A stretch of 64,000 nt of DNA from Nemertoderma westbladi (lineage: Eukaryota > Animalia > Xenacoelomorpha), in assembly GCA_032718475.1 (NCBI GenBank), contig JAUCBJ010007480.1:1-64000 (forward strand), written 5' to 3'. Positions within the stretch are counted from its first letter, which is position 1, and every line of letters starts with the position of its first letter. A program made the translations under genes and the position numbers. Of the stretch, positions 13,106 through 24,617 are shown piece by piece. The notes beneath the pieces are model-generated. The model searched no databases and was not told where the DNA came from. It saw nothing but the letters and a program-made list of their open reading frames with translations.

Positions 13106-13634
13106 AAATATAAGTTGTAAGCAGATTATTTATGGCCTTAATTTAAAAGAATTAAAATATCAATTGAATGGTAAAATTGTACTCAAACCTAATCAGTTTA
13201 TATATAAGGTATTTGGTGCAACCATATTAATGTTTACAAATGGACGAATAACAATTCTCGGTAGAAAATATAATTTTAATAAAGTGACAAAGCATATATT
13301 AGAAAAAACAAACATTAATTTGATTTTTAAATCAATCAATTTGTGTACTTATATTTTTAGTATCGATACTGTAATTTATAGGTTACTTATAAACAATATC
13401 GGGTTTTATGTTATATTTGATAATGTTAAACTAGAAATTTCATACGACCCCGAAATATTCAATAACTGTAAAGTCAGAATAAATAATATTGTTGTTGTTT
13501 GCTGTTTCTACACTGGTAAATGTACATTAATGTGTTTCCCATTTAAATTTCATATATATTATCCTATATTCAACAAACTGGTTAATAATTTATTATTGTT
13601 TGGTGTGGGGGTTTTTGATGTAAAATATAATTAG
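13053..13634 (+). CDS. TATA-binding-protein-like protein (inner Polinton)
   Basis: Two TBP half-repeats: QIVN..LNLKEL..TILMFTNGRITILG and SYDPEIF..VVCCFYTGKCTL; true start may be at ~13080. Confidence 0.8.
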   Translation: MKNQKTMVLMMNYQIVNKNISCKQIIYGLNLKELKYQLNGKIVLKPNQFIYKVFGATILMFTNGRITILGRKYNFNKVTKHILEKTNINLIFKSINLCTYIFSIDTVIYRLLINNIGFYVIFDNVKLEISYDPEIFNNCKVRINNIVVVCCFYTGKCTLMCFPFKFHIYYPIFNKLVNNLLLFGVGVFDVKYN

Positions 13635-14322
13635 TGTGAGTGAAATTTATTGTTGTTGCTGTTTGGTGGTGGAGATTTTTACTGTAAAATATATATATTA
13701 AATTGGGGGGAGAAGAAATTTATGAATATTTTTTTTTAAATCAACAACTAGTTTGATGGGAAATTAACTAACTAACTTCAGTAGAGCGATTGCTTGTAAC
13801 ACTCAAGTAGGCATAGTATACTCAGCAGCCGTAGCTAGCTAGCTAGCTAACTAAGCATTGTTGCTCACGAGTGAGCTACAATAGCGCATCTGTTACTTAT
13901 GAGTGTGTGTGTGTACAGCAGGCAACGCTAAGCTCAGTGAGAAAAAGATTAGGGGTATGTGCTGGTATTCATAGTCAAAGACGATGCCATCCTATCTGTT
14001 ACTAGTCTGTATACCGGCACATATTATTAAAACATCCGCTATGCATCTCCCTACATTCAGAATAGAACAATGAACAGAGCATATATCGCTAATCCGCATG
14101 GGAAAGGTTTATGTTCTACATTTTGTTAACTATGTGAATTTTGTAATGTAAACATCTACGGCCCACTACAAAAATATATATAAACTCAATTTTCAAACAA
14201 TGAACTATAATTTTGTTAACCAAAATAAGAAAAAAAATAAAAATACCGGTATACTGTATCCACCCTGTCTGTTACCCTTAGACTATATATATAAACCTAA
14301 ACTAACCTGAGACAGCAAGAAG

Positions 14323-14730
14323 ATGACTTTTGCCTATATCAACAACCGTTCGTTTAAAAGCAACATAAAGTTTGATTTTGAGAGTGAGGATACTTTTGTA
14401 TCATCATCAAACGTATCTGATTTGGAAATCAGATACATTAATAAAAAATTTGAAATCGGATTTACCAATATCATCAATCACGAACATGGTGTAACAAAGT
14501 TAGAAACAACAAAAAACTTTACTTTGAATATAAGAATAAATCCGGGAACGGAAGAAGAAGAAGAAGTTACCGGTAATCAAAACGAATTAATACCAGCAAC
14601 TCTACAAGAGAATTGGGAAACAGAGACCGCTGCAACTATACCAGAACTGGTAGAGACTATTTGGAAAGAAATTAAACTAGCAATGCCTACCTGTAAAAAT
14701 AATAGGCCTAATCATCAACATTTTTCATAG
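14323..14730 (+). CDS. Hypothetical Polinton protein (135 aa)
   Basis: Open ORF with TATATATAAA ~35 bp upstream and AATAAA downstream; no family recognised. Confidence 0.55.
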   Translation: MTFAYINNRSFKSNIKFDFESEDTFVSSSNVSDLEIRYINKKFEIGFTNIINHEHGVTKLETTKNFTLNIRINPGTEEEEEVTGNQNELIPATLQENWETETAATIPELVETIWKEIKLAMPTCKNNRPNHQHFS

Positions 14731-15738
14731 ATGGATACTGGTATCTAACTAGTACACCTGTACACCCGTACACTCATACTCATTTCTGCATTTATAAAGT
14801 AGACCTAAATGTTACCGGTCTGTGTATGTCTATATTATATGTAATTTAATTTAAAAAGCGGACGCATAAATAAATAAAATAAACTAACTAACTATGTTTT
14901 ATATAGGACCGTTAACATAGAGTGAATGTTAGTAACCAGAGAATGTGGTGGATTTTATATAGTTATACCTCAAACCACACCTATTGTATCAGCGAGAGTA
15001 ACAGAGTGCTAGGGGATTTTATAGAGCCTATAGCGCTACCGATGCCTAACCACACCTATTGTATCAATGTGGTAGGTGGCTTTCAGTTGAGGAGTAGTCA
15101 TTAGGCCTATATGCCTATCCGCGTGTTCTAAAGGTTAACCATAAAGCATATTGAGTCAACAATCGAAAAAGGGGGCCGCGTAAAGTTAACTATAGCTGTA
15201 TAGGCTTACCTATGCAACAGTAGTAGCCCGCAGTAATGTAGATTAGACCAATTAAAGTTGTAAACAGAAAATTGGAAGCATTCAAGTGTAATAGCCTAAT
15301 CCTTAAATCAAAGAAACCAGCATGCCCTTGCTCTATCCAAGTATACAGTTACAAGAGTGCTACGGTGCCGGTACCAGTAGGCCTATTGTTAGGTGGGCCT
15401 CCTCTAATGCTGCATTCACGAACCCCCATGTTGAGTTAATTTAATATTATTATTAGTAAGTACGGTAACGCTACAGCGCTGTGGTTTCTGTCGGGGCCAT
15501 TCTGCCGTTCTACAGTTTAGCGTTGTCTGTATGTGTAGTAAAATCAGCTAGCTACTGGTAGTTAAACTCTGATACAACAGCCGGCTACCGGTAGGTACGG
15601 TGTGTTTGTGAGTGTAAACTTAAGCCCTACACCTTCAGTCAAACTGAGATATAAAAAAAATAGATTTTAATGTTTTTATTATTTTTATTAACATTAAAAC
15701 AATTATATTATCCCATCACATTAATGCTTAGAGTAAAC

Positions 15739-16353
15739 CTACTGTACGAGTACATCTTCCACCACAGTTATTTCTTTCTGTTTATCATCATCATCATCAG
15801 TCGCAGTTAAACGCTTTCTCGCGAAAAATAGTTTCAATTCAAACCCACCGACACGTTTAGCAGAGCAGTACCGCAGACAGTTATCCCTTGTGTTTAAGTG
15901 AAATGCGCATTTATTTTCTAGCGCAATAAATTGATCGTGGAAGCGACAGGGGGTTAAATAATTGTAATATTGTCGATATTGATATATCCACAATTTCTCC
16001 ATCGAATTTGGTGCGAGAACATCAAGTTGGGAAACTAATATTGCCCGCTTCATCAACCCAAATACATGTATATTTTTTTTATATTTTAAATGTCTCTTCA
16101 TGTATTTTTTAAAGTCATCTTGCGAAAAGTCACCGTAATCCCAAGGTAAATGCGAAGTCATGTCTCGTAAATTGTTTACGTGAGCTACATCTAAGGCTGA
16201 TTACTTAATATTAGGTGGGCCTTTAATTAAAAACGTCTTTACATTAGTTTTGGTGTAATTAGAATCGAATATAGCAAATTCTTTAAATACTACCGGATAC
16301 TCTTTATTGTCTATCTTATAATATTGAAAATCAACAAAAATAATATTATCCAT
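15739..16353 (-). pseudogene. Conserved Polinton accessory protein (possible DEDD exonuclease-like fold), one in-frame stop
   Basis: In-frame extension from ATG at 16353: MDNIIFVDFQYYK..VFKEFAI..F.IKGP..*..HLPWDYG. Confidence 0.55.
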
Positions 16354-16384
16354 TTTATCTGATAAACAAAAGCTAAATGATTAA

Positions 16385-16837
16385 TTACAACGCTTGTTGG
16401 TTTATTTTATAATAATTAACAAGCCATTTATATAATATTATTTCATTTATTTCCACATTATTTGTAAACGCACTCATTGGATAGTTTGTGTGAATTCGAT
16501 TTACCAAGTAATAAAGACAGTATAATCCACATGTGGTCCTCCTGGGGTCTTGAAATTGTTTGCGAGTAGTACGCCATCTTGCGGAATTTTTCTCAAGCCA
16601 TTTTTCGATACATCTGTTTGGATATTTTGATCCAAACGAATCAAATAATTCAGCCTCATTATCTCGTATATATATTGCGATCCAATGAATCCCGGGCAGA
16701 TGCTCTTTATCGGTATTTACTATTAACCCATAATCTCTCCGCTTATTATTATCTAATTTAGGTAATTTATTAGCTGGAAACGCTCCCAAATAGTGACCAC
16801 CCACTGGAAACATGTCAAGGTCCTCTGTAGATAACAT
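16385..16837 (-). CDS. Adenain-like cysteine maturation protease
   Basis: VNTD..PGIHWIA..FDSFG..Q..TCGLYC. Confidence 0.93.
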   Translation of the reverse strand: MLSTEDLDMFPVGGHYLGAFPANKLPKLDNNKRRDYGLIVNTDKEHLPGIHWIAIYIRDNEAELFDSFGSKYPNRCIEKWLEKNSARWRTTRKQFQDPRRTTCGLYCLYYLVNRIHTNYPMSAFTNNVEINEIILYKWLVNYYKINQQAL

Positions 16838-16839
16838 AC

Positions 16840-18099
16840 TTAATCGATATGTATTTCTTTCCTGCTATTTAAACTTAATGATTGATCATAAATATTAAAA
16901 ACGATTACATTTATGGTTTCAACCAACGGTTCAGCAAATCTTAATTTTAATTGTCCATTAGTATATATCGAGGGTTGAGGATCTCTAACATAGCCGTCGG
17001 CGGTTAGGTCCCAGGATAGGAGGGGGCAATTACCTAAGTAGGTTTCATGGTCTATATTATTACCCCCATAACCGTTAATATATGTATTAATGTTCTTCAT
17101 TAATTGAGTATACTCAAAAATGTATGTTCCATCTGTAAAATTAGGCTCGTATATTACACCACCTACTGGAAGACCGTCTACAATCAGTTCCGTGCGTCTA
17201 AGGTTAAAATGTTCAAATTTCAAGGGATTGCTAATTAATTCTCCCAAATAAGCGTTATTTGTTATGAAGCCGATAATAACTAATTTGGGTTTTTTATCAT
17301 CAAATATGTTTGTTTGGGTGTAATTTGTGGTTTGAGCGGGAATAGTAAATGTTGTAACCTCCTTTTTTTGGAATTGATATTCAATATCGTAACTCTCTAA
17401 ACCTTTTAGGTGACTGCTTTCTATTACCGGATTAACCTCCATTCTAGGGATTAGGATCTTTACTTCATCTAATTCTAGCCGAAGATTTGTTACAGCGTTT
17501 GCGTTTGGAGTGATTTTAAAAATAAACGAATTTGATACTTTTCTAAAATGCATTCTTAAATCATACCCGGGTTGTATTATTTTAGTTTCAGTATCAAAAT
17601 CAATCGTCAATCCACTTACAAATTGCATTTGTTTACTAAAGGCTTCACCAATAGGATGCGCGCCGGCATTAATTTCATTTCCGTGTTCGGATAAAGGCTG
17701 ATGAAAGCCACCCGCCCCCAGTAACCCATTTTTATCCTCGTAAGTTGTAAATAATAAATTGGATAAGTACGACTTGTAGAAATAATGGTTATTGCTATTT
17801 TCAACCTGCTTCTCATTAAGGTCTATTTTAATATCACTCCACATAGTCCCAGAAGGGTAATTCAGCATATATATATGAGAGTTTTCAAGTCGTCTATCCC
17901 ACCGTACAGTACATTTTGTAATTAATAACGCATCTTGCAGTTTCGTATAGAATTCATTGGATCTCGGTACAAGGAACGTGACCTCCCTAGACTCACTTCG
18001 GAGATTGGATACTGGGTAAATTGTTTCATAATGCTTTGCTTTAAATTCAGTCTGTATTGGCTGTGTAGAAAATAAATCTAATTCCTTAATAATTGACAT
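16840..18099 (-). CDS. Major capsid protein (double jelly-roll, Polinton PY)
   Basis: 419 aa, ELDLF..PIQT start, PKLVIIGF..NPLKFEHFNL, WDLT, L+FAEPL..TINVIV; adjacent to protease. Confidence 0.9.
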   Translation of the reverse strand: MSIIKELDLFSTQPIQTEFKAKHYETIYPVSNLRSESREVTFLVPRSNEFYTKLQDALLITKCTVRWDRRLENSHIYMLNYPSGTMWSDIKIDLNEKQVENSNNHYFYKSYLSNLLFTTYEDKNGLLGAGGFHQPLSEHGNEINAGAHPIGEAFSKQMQFVSGLTIDFDTETKIIQPGYDLRMHFRKVSNSFIFKITPNANAVTNLRLELDEVKILIPRMEVNPVIESSHLKGLESYDIEYQFQKKEVTTFTIPAQTTNYTQTNIFDDKKPKLVIIGFITNNAYLGELISNPLKFEHFNLRRTELIVDGLPVGGVIYEPNFTDGTYIFEYTQLMKNINTYINGYGGNNIDHETYLGNCPLLSWDLTADGYVRDPQPSIYTNGQLKLRFAEPLVETINVIVFNIYDQSLSLNSRKEIHID

Positions 18100-18101
18100 T
18101 A

Positions 18102-18668
18102 TTAAAAAATACTTTTTTCGCAGTGTTTCAGTTTGCCTTTTTTTATTTTTCTATTTTTACTACGACGATGATGTATGTTCATAGACATTGGTCTAGTAGG
18201 TCGCTTTAAATCTCTATAAACTTTTTCTACAACTGACCTTGTTGACGGTTTCATTTTATTTAATGCTTTATTAATAACCGTATTAGCCTGCTGATGTAAG
18301 ACCCGCTTACCTTTTGGTATTACGTGTTGTCTCATAAATTTTGTGGTAAATGGTAAAGCTTTTTGTAAAACTTTTTTAGCTAATGGCTTACCAAATTTTT
18401 TCAATGTAGATAAAGCGTCTGTAAATATACCTTCCCCGTGTTGATTTGTTTGCGACATACCTCTACGATAACGTTGAAAACGACGTTGTTTTAAGTTTGG
18501 ACCAAATGTACCAATTTGTTGACCGTAAGGGTCAATATATGAACCACCTCGAAAAACAGGAACTTGCGTCGAGCCTCTCGTACTTCTACCACCTTTAAAA
18601 ACAGCAAGATTAGAGTCTGCACCACCATATTGAGGTTTACTGTATCTTTGAAATAAATCAGAATCCAT
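18102..18668 (-). CDS. Basic virion core-like protein with Gly-rich putative protease sites
   Basis: QYGG, FKGG, FRGG, QHGEGIF followed by an amphipathic segment; Lys/Arg-rich; directly upstream of MCP. Confidence 0.65.
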   Translation of the reverse strand: MDSDLFQRYSKPQYGGADSNLAVFKGGRSTRGSTQVPVFRGGSYIDPYGQQIGTFGPNLKQRRFQRYRRGMSQTNQHGEGIFTDALSTLKKFGKPLAKKVLQKALPFTTKFMRQHVIPKGKRVLHQQANTVINKALNKMKPSTRSVVEKVYRDLKRPTRPMSMNIHHRRSKNRKIKKGKLKHCEKSIF

Positions 18669-18669
18669 T

Positions 18670-19528
18670 TTAATTTATTTTTTTAAAGTGTAATGTAATA
18701 GATGTTGTCCCGTATTCAAAATTCAAATCTTTTCCTTCTTTGTCTATTATTTCAATATGAATGTATGTTATCTTATATGATTTTTTTACAGGGATATAAT
18801 GAATTGTATCCTTGACAAATTCTTTATTTATTACGCTACCATATTTCACGTCATCAGGTATCGCAACATGACGAAGTAAAGCTAAACCTAGTAAAGCTAA
18901 AATATTGATTTTCAATTATATTAGTAGTCACGTACATGTTCGACTTAGGTTCTGGAATAGAATTGGGTGGTTGAGGGCATAAAAATACCATCTGGTAAGC
19001 TTTTTCTCCATTTCCGATAACCTTTATTAAATAACCCTTTATATTATTATTTTTCGTCTTCAAAATAATTTTAAAATTTGGATTTAAATTCGCACCGAGA
19101 TTATTTTCAGTAATTCCAAAATAATAGGCTAATTGTTGACCTATAAATAACTCTCGCACCGCTTTCCCTAAAATAAATTGCAACCTATTTTGCTGAGTAT
19201 TTTCAACTATTTGTAATTTATCTTTCAATGCCCCCGTGTTAAAATAATCTATAATGTCATTGATACTGTAGAACAAACCGGATGGAAGTGTATCCTCAAA
19301 ATTTTTTTTCCCTTTTTTTAATAAAATAACATTCTCTACATTGTTATACATGGACGGCAACATTGCTAAGTAAAATATACTTTTTATACCTACCACCCAG
19401 TTTTCGTTTGGGTTTATAGGTAAGGCGCCATGGAAATTGATCTGATAATTACTAGCGCTATTGCGGGGAAAATCAATTGGACAGGAGTTACTCGGTAGTC
19501 TTACGTAGAATTCATCCGTCACTGCCAC
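18670..19528 (-). pseudogene. Minor capsid (penton-like) protein, copy 1, frameshifted near 18900
   Basis: FYVRLPSNS..FPRNSASNY..WVVGI N-terminus; C-terminus LLRHV..HYIPV..IEIIDKEG..LNF..ITLHFK in another frame. Confidence 0.82.
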
Positions 19529-20384
19529 CCCGTATTAACTTAAGTGTTATAACAGTGCGACCTCCGCTAAAATTAATTAATTTGCCTTGTCCGTCACGTA
19601 AAGTAATTAAGATTGTTTTTAGTTTTTTATTCAACAATGGGTAATAGCAAATGCTCTCGTATTCGTGATTAATATATTTTCGATTTAATTGCGTTAAAGG
19701 GCAGGTTCTTAAGAGCGGAGCTAAAGCGTCACCAACAAATGAGCTCTTAATAATATCAGTATATATGAAAATTGTATCTTTATTACGTGTTATATTCGTG
19801 GGAGCTGGAAAATCTAAAATGCCAATTTCCGAAATTTTTGGTCCGCTATAATTTAAAATTAATATCGGCTGTTCTATATTGCTTAATTCATCTACTGTAG
19901 TGGTACTGTATATATCCCAATTCGGAATATCCGGATGATTCTGATCCAATAACGGTTTTAAGCCTAGAATTTGTATTAAATCACCACATAGACTTAATTG
20001 TATTTTTTTCAACTTTTTAGGAAATTTAAATTTAATTCTAGAATTATTTGTATTAAAAATGAATTCGAAATCTCTATATTTCGCTTCAGAATTAAACAGT
20101 TTATTTATATCATCAATAATCACTTGAATAGAGCTATGCATACCAGGAAATAAACTATATAATTTGGCATCTTTTGCATCTACCCCGATTGACAGTGAGA
20201 TTTGAGTTTGCAGTGTAATATTACTGTATGTTGCTTGGTATTGAAGCTCAGCCAAACCAATTTTAGCGTTTGGACCAATATATAATTCTTCGGCTAAATC
20301 AACAGTAAACTCACTAGGATTATTATTGGGGTAAGTGTTTAATGAGCTATCTGAAAGTAGAGTGATATATGTATCTGTGGCCAT
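19512..20384 (-). CDS. Minor capsid (penton-like) protein, copy 2
   Basis: YITLLSDSS..YPNNNPSEFTV..IGLAELQY; FIYTDII..VGD..APLLR..YYPL..LRDGQG..INF. Confidence 0.88.
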   Translation of the reverse strand: MATDTYITLLSDSSLNTYPNNNPSEFTVDLAEELYIGPNAKIGLAELQYQATYSNITLQTQISLSIGVDAKDAKLYSLFPGMHSSIQVIIDDINKLFNSEAKYRDFEFIFNTNNSRIKFKFPKKLKKIQLSLCGDLIQILGLKPLLDQNHPDIPNWDIYSTTTVDELSNIEQPILILNYSGPKISEIGILDFPAPTNITRNKDTIFIYTDIIKSSFVGDALAPLLRTCPLTQLNRKYINHEYESICYYPLLNKKLKTILITLRDGQGKLINFSGGRTVITLKLIRGGSDG

Positions 20385-20642
20385 TATTATTATTATTTAA
20401 GCTCTCTCTCTCTCTCTCTCTACTTGACTCCATTGTACATACAGTACAGTATAATGTTAAATTATAGACATCTGTGACCACGTTCATTGTCGCTTCTACA
20501 ATATATGTGAGGGATCAATATTTTACTGGCTTTATTTAAAGCGAATGAACTATAGTATAGTAATATCATTCGGGTTAATATTGATTGATTAATTACGGTC
20601 ATATGCGACCAAAATGAATTAATATACAGTATAAACCTAAAC

Positions 20643-21730
20643 TTATTGAATATGCTGTACCCACGACTGTTTCTTGGATCCAATGAATCGGACTAAATAT
20701 TCTTTCTTCCCATTGCGTACACGTTCTTTAAGTTTGCCAATATTTTTGTCAATTGGAAGATAAATATTACTATTCGGGTGGACCTTTTGGAGTTCGTATG
20801 AATAAAATGAGCCATTTATTATAGCTCCAGTGCTGTCCTTAATATCGAACATTACCGCTGGTACTCTATCCAACATGACACGATGAATAATAAATAATTC
20901 ACGTGTCCATTGTTCTCGATAGCCTTTAGCAAAAGCAGTACGAGCGATAGATAATCGTACTTATCTCCAACTTTAAATTTTATTTTCTTGTGATTAATCT
21001 ATCTATATTTCCCATATAATCTATTCATTAATTCAGTTTCATTAAATTTATTAACTTCAATAGGTGTCATTTGTATTGTCCTATGATATGACCTATTATA
21101 AGCATAAATGAGCTTTGGTAAAATTTTAATCCAAACATTATTTCCCCGTTGCGTGAAAATTTTGAACATCTTTGTTTTTAATGTTCTATTGAATCTCTCG
21201 ACAATAGCCACCTTATTCACAGAATACATTACGTAATACTGTATACCTAACGTATCTAAATATTTTCTTACAGATTTATTTAGAAACTCAGACCCTTGAT
21301 CAGTCGCGATTCTGTTTGGTTTTCCTTTCTGGAATATTTTTTGCAATATACTAATAATTTCAATACCCTTTTTTGTTTTCATACCATAGGCAAAAGCAAG
21401 CCGGCTAAAGGCATCAATACATGTTATTATATAGTTATAATTATTATTTTGCGATTTATATTGCTGCATATCCACCAGATCTATCATATATATATCTTTT
21501 AAGCCTCCTGTAAATATTTTAGATGTTGGATAATGATGTCTACGTGGAGCGTGAAGGGTGTATGTCTTTTGCCCGCTCAACCATTTCTGGGCTTGTGCTG
21601 GTTTGATGTTTGCAGCTTTTGCTAATTTTGCAACACTTGCAAAACCCGCAGGGGATGAAGGATCTAAATAAATTCTTAACAGTTTTTTGTCTAAGCTTCG
21701 GCTTAAAATCGGTTTCATCTTGCGTGGCAT
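20643..21730 (-). pseudogene. Retroviral-like DDE integrase with C-terminal chromodomain, frameshifted near 20960-21000
   Basis: DLVDM, IDAFSR, TDQGSEF, VERFNRTLK, YN..YHRTIQMTP; downstream frame KGYREQWTRELF..GSFYSYELQKV..EYLVRF.G....SWV. Confidence 0.92.
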
Positions 21731-21954
21731 CTTTTCGACAACCGCAAGTAATATGTATATTCAAATTTCTTATAAAGGGCATCACCGTAAGAACAACTGA
21801 AATTTTTTAATTATTTTCTTTGAAGTTGATGTTTTAAAGGGTTTTCTTTTTGTAGTATTTACTCTAGGTATATCTTGTGGTTTTAAATCAGTAGCTAACG
21901 GTTTACTCGATACTAAATATAATTTTCTAAATGTTACTCCTGTTTTAACCATTA

Positions 21955-22338
21955 TTACCATCCACGGTTAATTTTTTTCGCAATAGCTGCTCCAGCGGCG
22001 GCGGCACCGGCACTCGCGGCAAGTTTCGCGCCAATGCCGAGTAAGGGTATTAGAAACGGTAGTATACCTCCAGATTGATTGCTTAACTTTTTTCTGTAAC
22101 TTGATATATTTTTTGTTTTACGGTTGAGTGATTTCAATACCTTCTTATAGCGGCGAATATTTCTAAATGAATGGGGGGTCAATTGTACGTTACCTTTTAG
22201 AACATTTAATGCAGTATTTACAATGAGCCGTATTAATTCGTTACTCGCGGTATTGTTAATAAAATAAGTTCTTTGTTGAGGGGTAGCGCTGCGTAGAAAT
22301 TCCAGTTCGTTACGATATTTCTGCACAAGTCTATTCAT
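21955..22338 (-). CDS. Conserved small Polinton virion-associated protein
   Basis: LN.LKGNV.L..YKKVL..NQSGGILPFLIPLLG followed by an Ala/Gly hydrophobic tail; follows the ATPase. Confidence 0.7.
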   Translation of the reverse strand: MNRLVQKYRNELEFLRSATPQQRTYFINNTASNELIRLIVNTALNVLKGNVQLTPHSFRNIRRYKKVLKSLNRKTKNISSYRKKLSNQSGGILPFLIPLLGIGAKLAASAGAAAAGAAIAKKINRGW

Positions 22339-22375
22339 TGTTGCAACATTATTGAAAATTGTTACAAAATATTAA

Positions 22376-23062
22376 TTATTTATCATTATTATTATTATTA
22401 TTTTCGCTACGTTTATAGTCAATGTAATTTTTAATGTAACAATTATGATTATGAAATATATCCGATCTAAATCTTAAATGTTCGGGTGTTTCCTGTCGTA
22501 AATCAATTAAGAAATGCGAAAATGGTTCAATTGTCGCATCTTGATAGGAATCTACTAAAAATTTGGTCTGCCCTGGTAACATCTGCTTCGCGAAATTTAA
22601 AACCGATAGACTGTCTCGCGGATTTTTCATTAATACTAAGGTATGGCTATGGCTATTAATTGATCTTGTGCGGTTATGCTTCCCACCATAAAACATGTTT
22701 TGCGTTATAAAACAAATAAATATATTGGAATGATGAGCTACCTTAGTAAACAATACAGTTAAAGCTGTACTGGACTCAGTTTCTGTTAATAAATCATCTA
22801 TAATTAATAAATCTCGACTATTCACTAAACTATCTATATTTTCTGGCAAACCTTTGTAAAGGTGAGTAATACCGGGAATAGTCGTGGGATTGCTCCCGTA
22901 ACAATACAATACTCGCAAGGGGGCTTCGTTGAAACAACCATTCTTGTGTTTAATTAAATTACTGACAAACGTTGATTTTCCAGAACCAGATGGGCCAGAA
23001 ATTATCATACTCGTTCCTATTTGAAAGTTTAAATTATATGGACCTGAATTAAAGTCAGCCAT
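22376..23062 (-). CDS. A32/FtsK-like DNA packaging ATPase
   Basis: Walker A GPSGSGKS, Walker B LLIIDD, ITQN, RT.SIN, NPRD. Confidence 0.94.
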   Translation of the reverse strand: MADFNSGPYNLNFQIGTSMIISGPSGSGKSTFVSNLIKHKNGCFNEAPLRVLYCYGSNPTTIPGITHLYKGLPENIDSLVNSRDLLIIDDLLTETESSTALTVLFTKVAHHSNIFICFITQNMFYGGKHNRTRSINSHSHTLVLMKNPRDSLSVLNFAKQMLPGQTKFLVDSYQDATIEPFSHFLIDLRQETPEHLRFRSDIFHNHNCYIKNYIDYKRSENNNNNNDK

Positions 23063-23285
23063 TTATTATTATTATTAAGATATATCAACAATACAATATA
23101 ATATAATATAAATATCAATATCAATAAACCATCACCAATACTATGTATATAACAATAATTGATGCAACTACAATATTAGAGTACTGTATATTTAATTAAC
23201 ATATGACACAACTACAGTATGTGACGCTCGCTGCAACAAAAGGTGCTATTTCCAATTATAGTATAGACTCATTTTCAATGTAATT

Positions 23286-23738
23286 TCAAGCATGGTGAGC
23301 ATCTTTATACGCGAAATAATGATAGGTAACATCGGCGGTTTGGAAATCACTTCCCGAGAATTTCGCGCTAATGATTTTTTTATGTTCGCTGCTAAAAAAA
23401 TAAGGAATATAGTAGCAACACCGTCGTACGACATTTCTATAAAAAATATTCTCCAATATTGTAAATAAATCTCCGGGATCATTACTTTCCGCAGAAATAT
23501 AAGTTATATTTCGAAGCTCTTTCCAATAATAGGGTTGGTAACTTACCAACTTTATATTAAACTTAGATATGGGTGCGCGACAAATAGGACAAATTTTAGA
23601 ACAATAATTATTCATTTCGGAATATTGTACAATACATTGTACGCAAGTTGCATGTTTATTTTCACATTTATAATAATCTCGATGTTGTTGCAATAACTTA
23701 GAATAGCAAACTGGACATTTTTCATTTAAAATATCCAT
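23286..23738 (-). CDS. RING-finger protein (putative E3 ubiquitin ligase)
   Basis: CPVC..C.NKH..CVQC..CPICR, C3HC4-type pattern. Confidence 0.8.
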   Translation of the reverse strand: MDILNEKCPVCYSKLLQQHRDYYKCENKHATCVQCIVQYSEMNNYCSKICPICRAPISKFNIKLVSYQPYYWKELRNITYISAESNDPGDLFTILENIFYRNVVRRCCYYIPYFFSSEHKKIISAKFSGSDFQTADVTYHYFAYKDAHHA

Positions 23739-23931
23739 TTTCCAAATTTTATAGTAAATTGAAAATAATTACCACAATACACAACAACAACAAACAAAAC
23801 TGTTATACTGTACTGTATATACAAATACTACTACAATTTTCGATTATTTAAAATTTGATGTTTTTTTTCATAATTAAAAACAACAAAATTTTATAAATAA
23901 TCATAAAATATTTATAATATAGCGGGAAAAG

Positions 23932-24375
23932 TCAAGAATCAATGATATTATCAACATATTCAACATTATCTGATGATTCTTCAGTTTCGACAAAGGATTC
24001 TTTTGAAATCATTACAATAAAGAAAGACATAATTTCGTAGGGGCTATGCCGATTTAGCCATATTTCAAACTTTTCACCAGCTTCGTTGTATTGTGTAATA
24101 ACAATAAACCCCTCTATCATGGATAATAGTAAGATATTGATTAATTTTCCCTCATGCTCAACTTTCAGGTTGTAATCTAAGAGATGAATACTATTATCAG
24201 AAGCATCAATATCAATTGAGCTTAAAACTTTCCTGGCTTTTTCAGAAAACTCAATTTTATATTTATCATCTCCCCGACGGTAAATTGTATAATCAATAAC
24301 AATATAGGCTTCACCATCTTCTGCAAAAAATGAATGCCTTACTATTGGCATAACCATATCGGAATCAGAAGACAT
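23932..24375 (-). CDS. Hypothetical acidic Polinton protein (147 aa)
   Basis: Open ORF downstream of TATA (~24475) and CCAAT-like (~24545) motifs near the right TIR. Confidence 0.6.
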   Translation of the reverse strand: MSSDSDMVMPIVRHSFFAEDGEAYIVIDYTIYRRGDDKYKIEFSEKARKVLSSIDIDASDNSIHLLDYNLKVEHEGKLINILLLSMIEGFIVITQYNEAGEKFEIWLNRHSPYEIMSFFIVMISKESFVETEESSDNVEYVDNIIDS

Positions 24376-24617
24376 TATTTAATTAATTTATTTTATTGTA
24401 CATCAAACAAACAAAGTAAAAACTTTTAAACTAAAACCATTACAAATGATTAATTGTGATTAAAGCAAGAGATTATATATAAGATATTTTCAAAAATAAT
24501 ACAGGTCTTAAACTGAGAAATAGCCTAAATTCGGTTTATTGATTGGTTGATTAGCCGGTAGGGAACTACTGTATAATCAACAATTATTGCGTAATAATAA
24601 TAATAATAATAATCACT

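Noticed and set aside
21782-21952. 56-aa ORF between the small virion gene and integrase
   Set aside because: Could be a truncated Polinton gene but is too short to call
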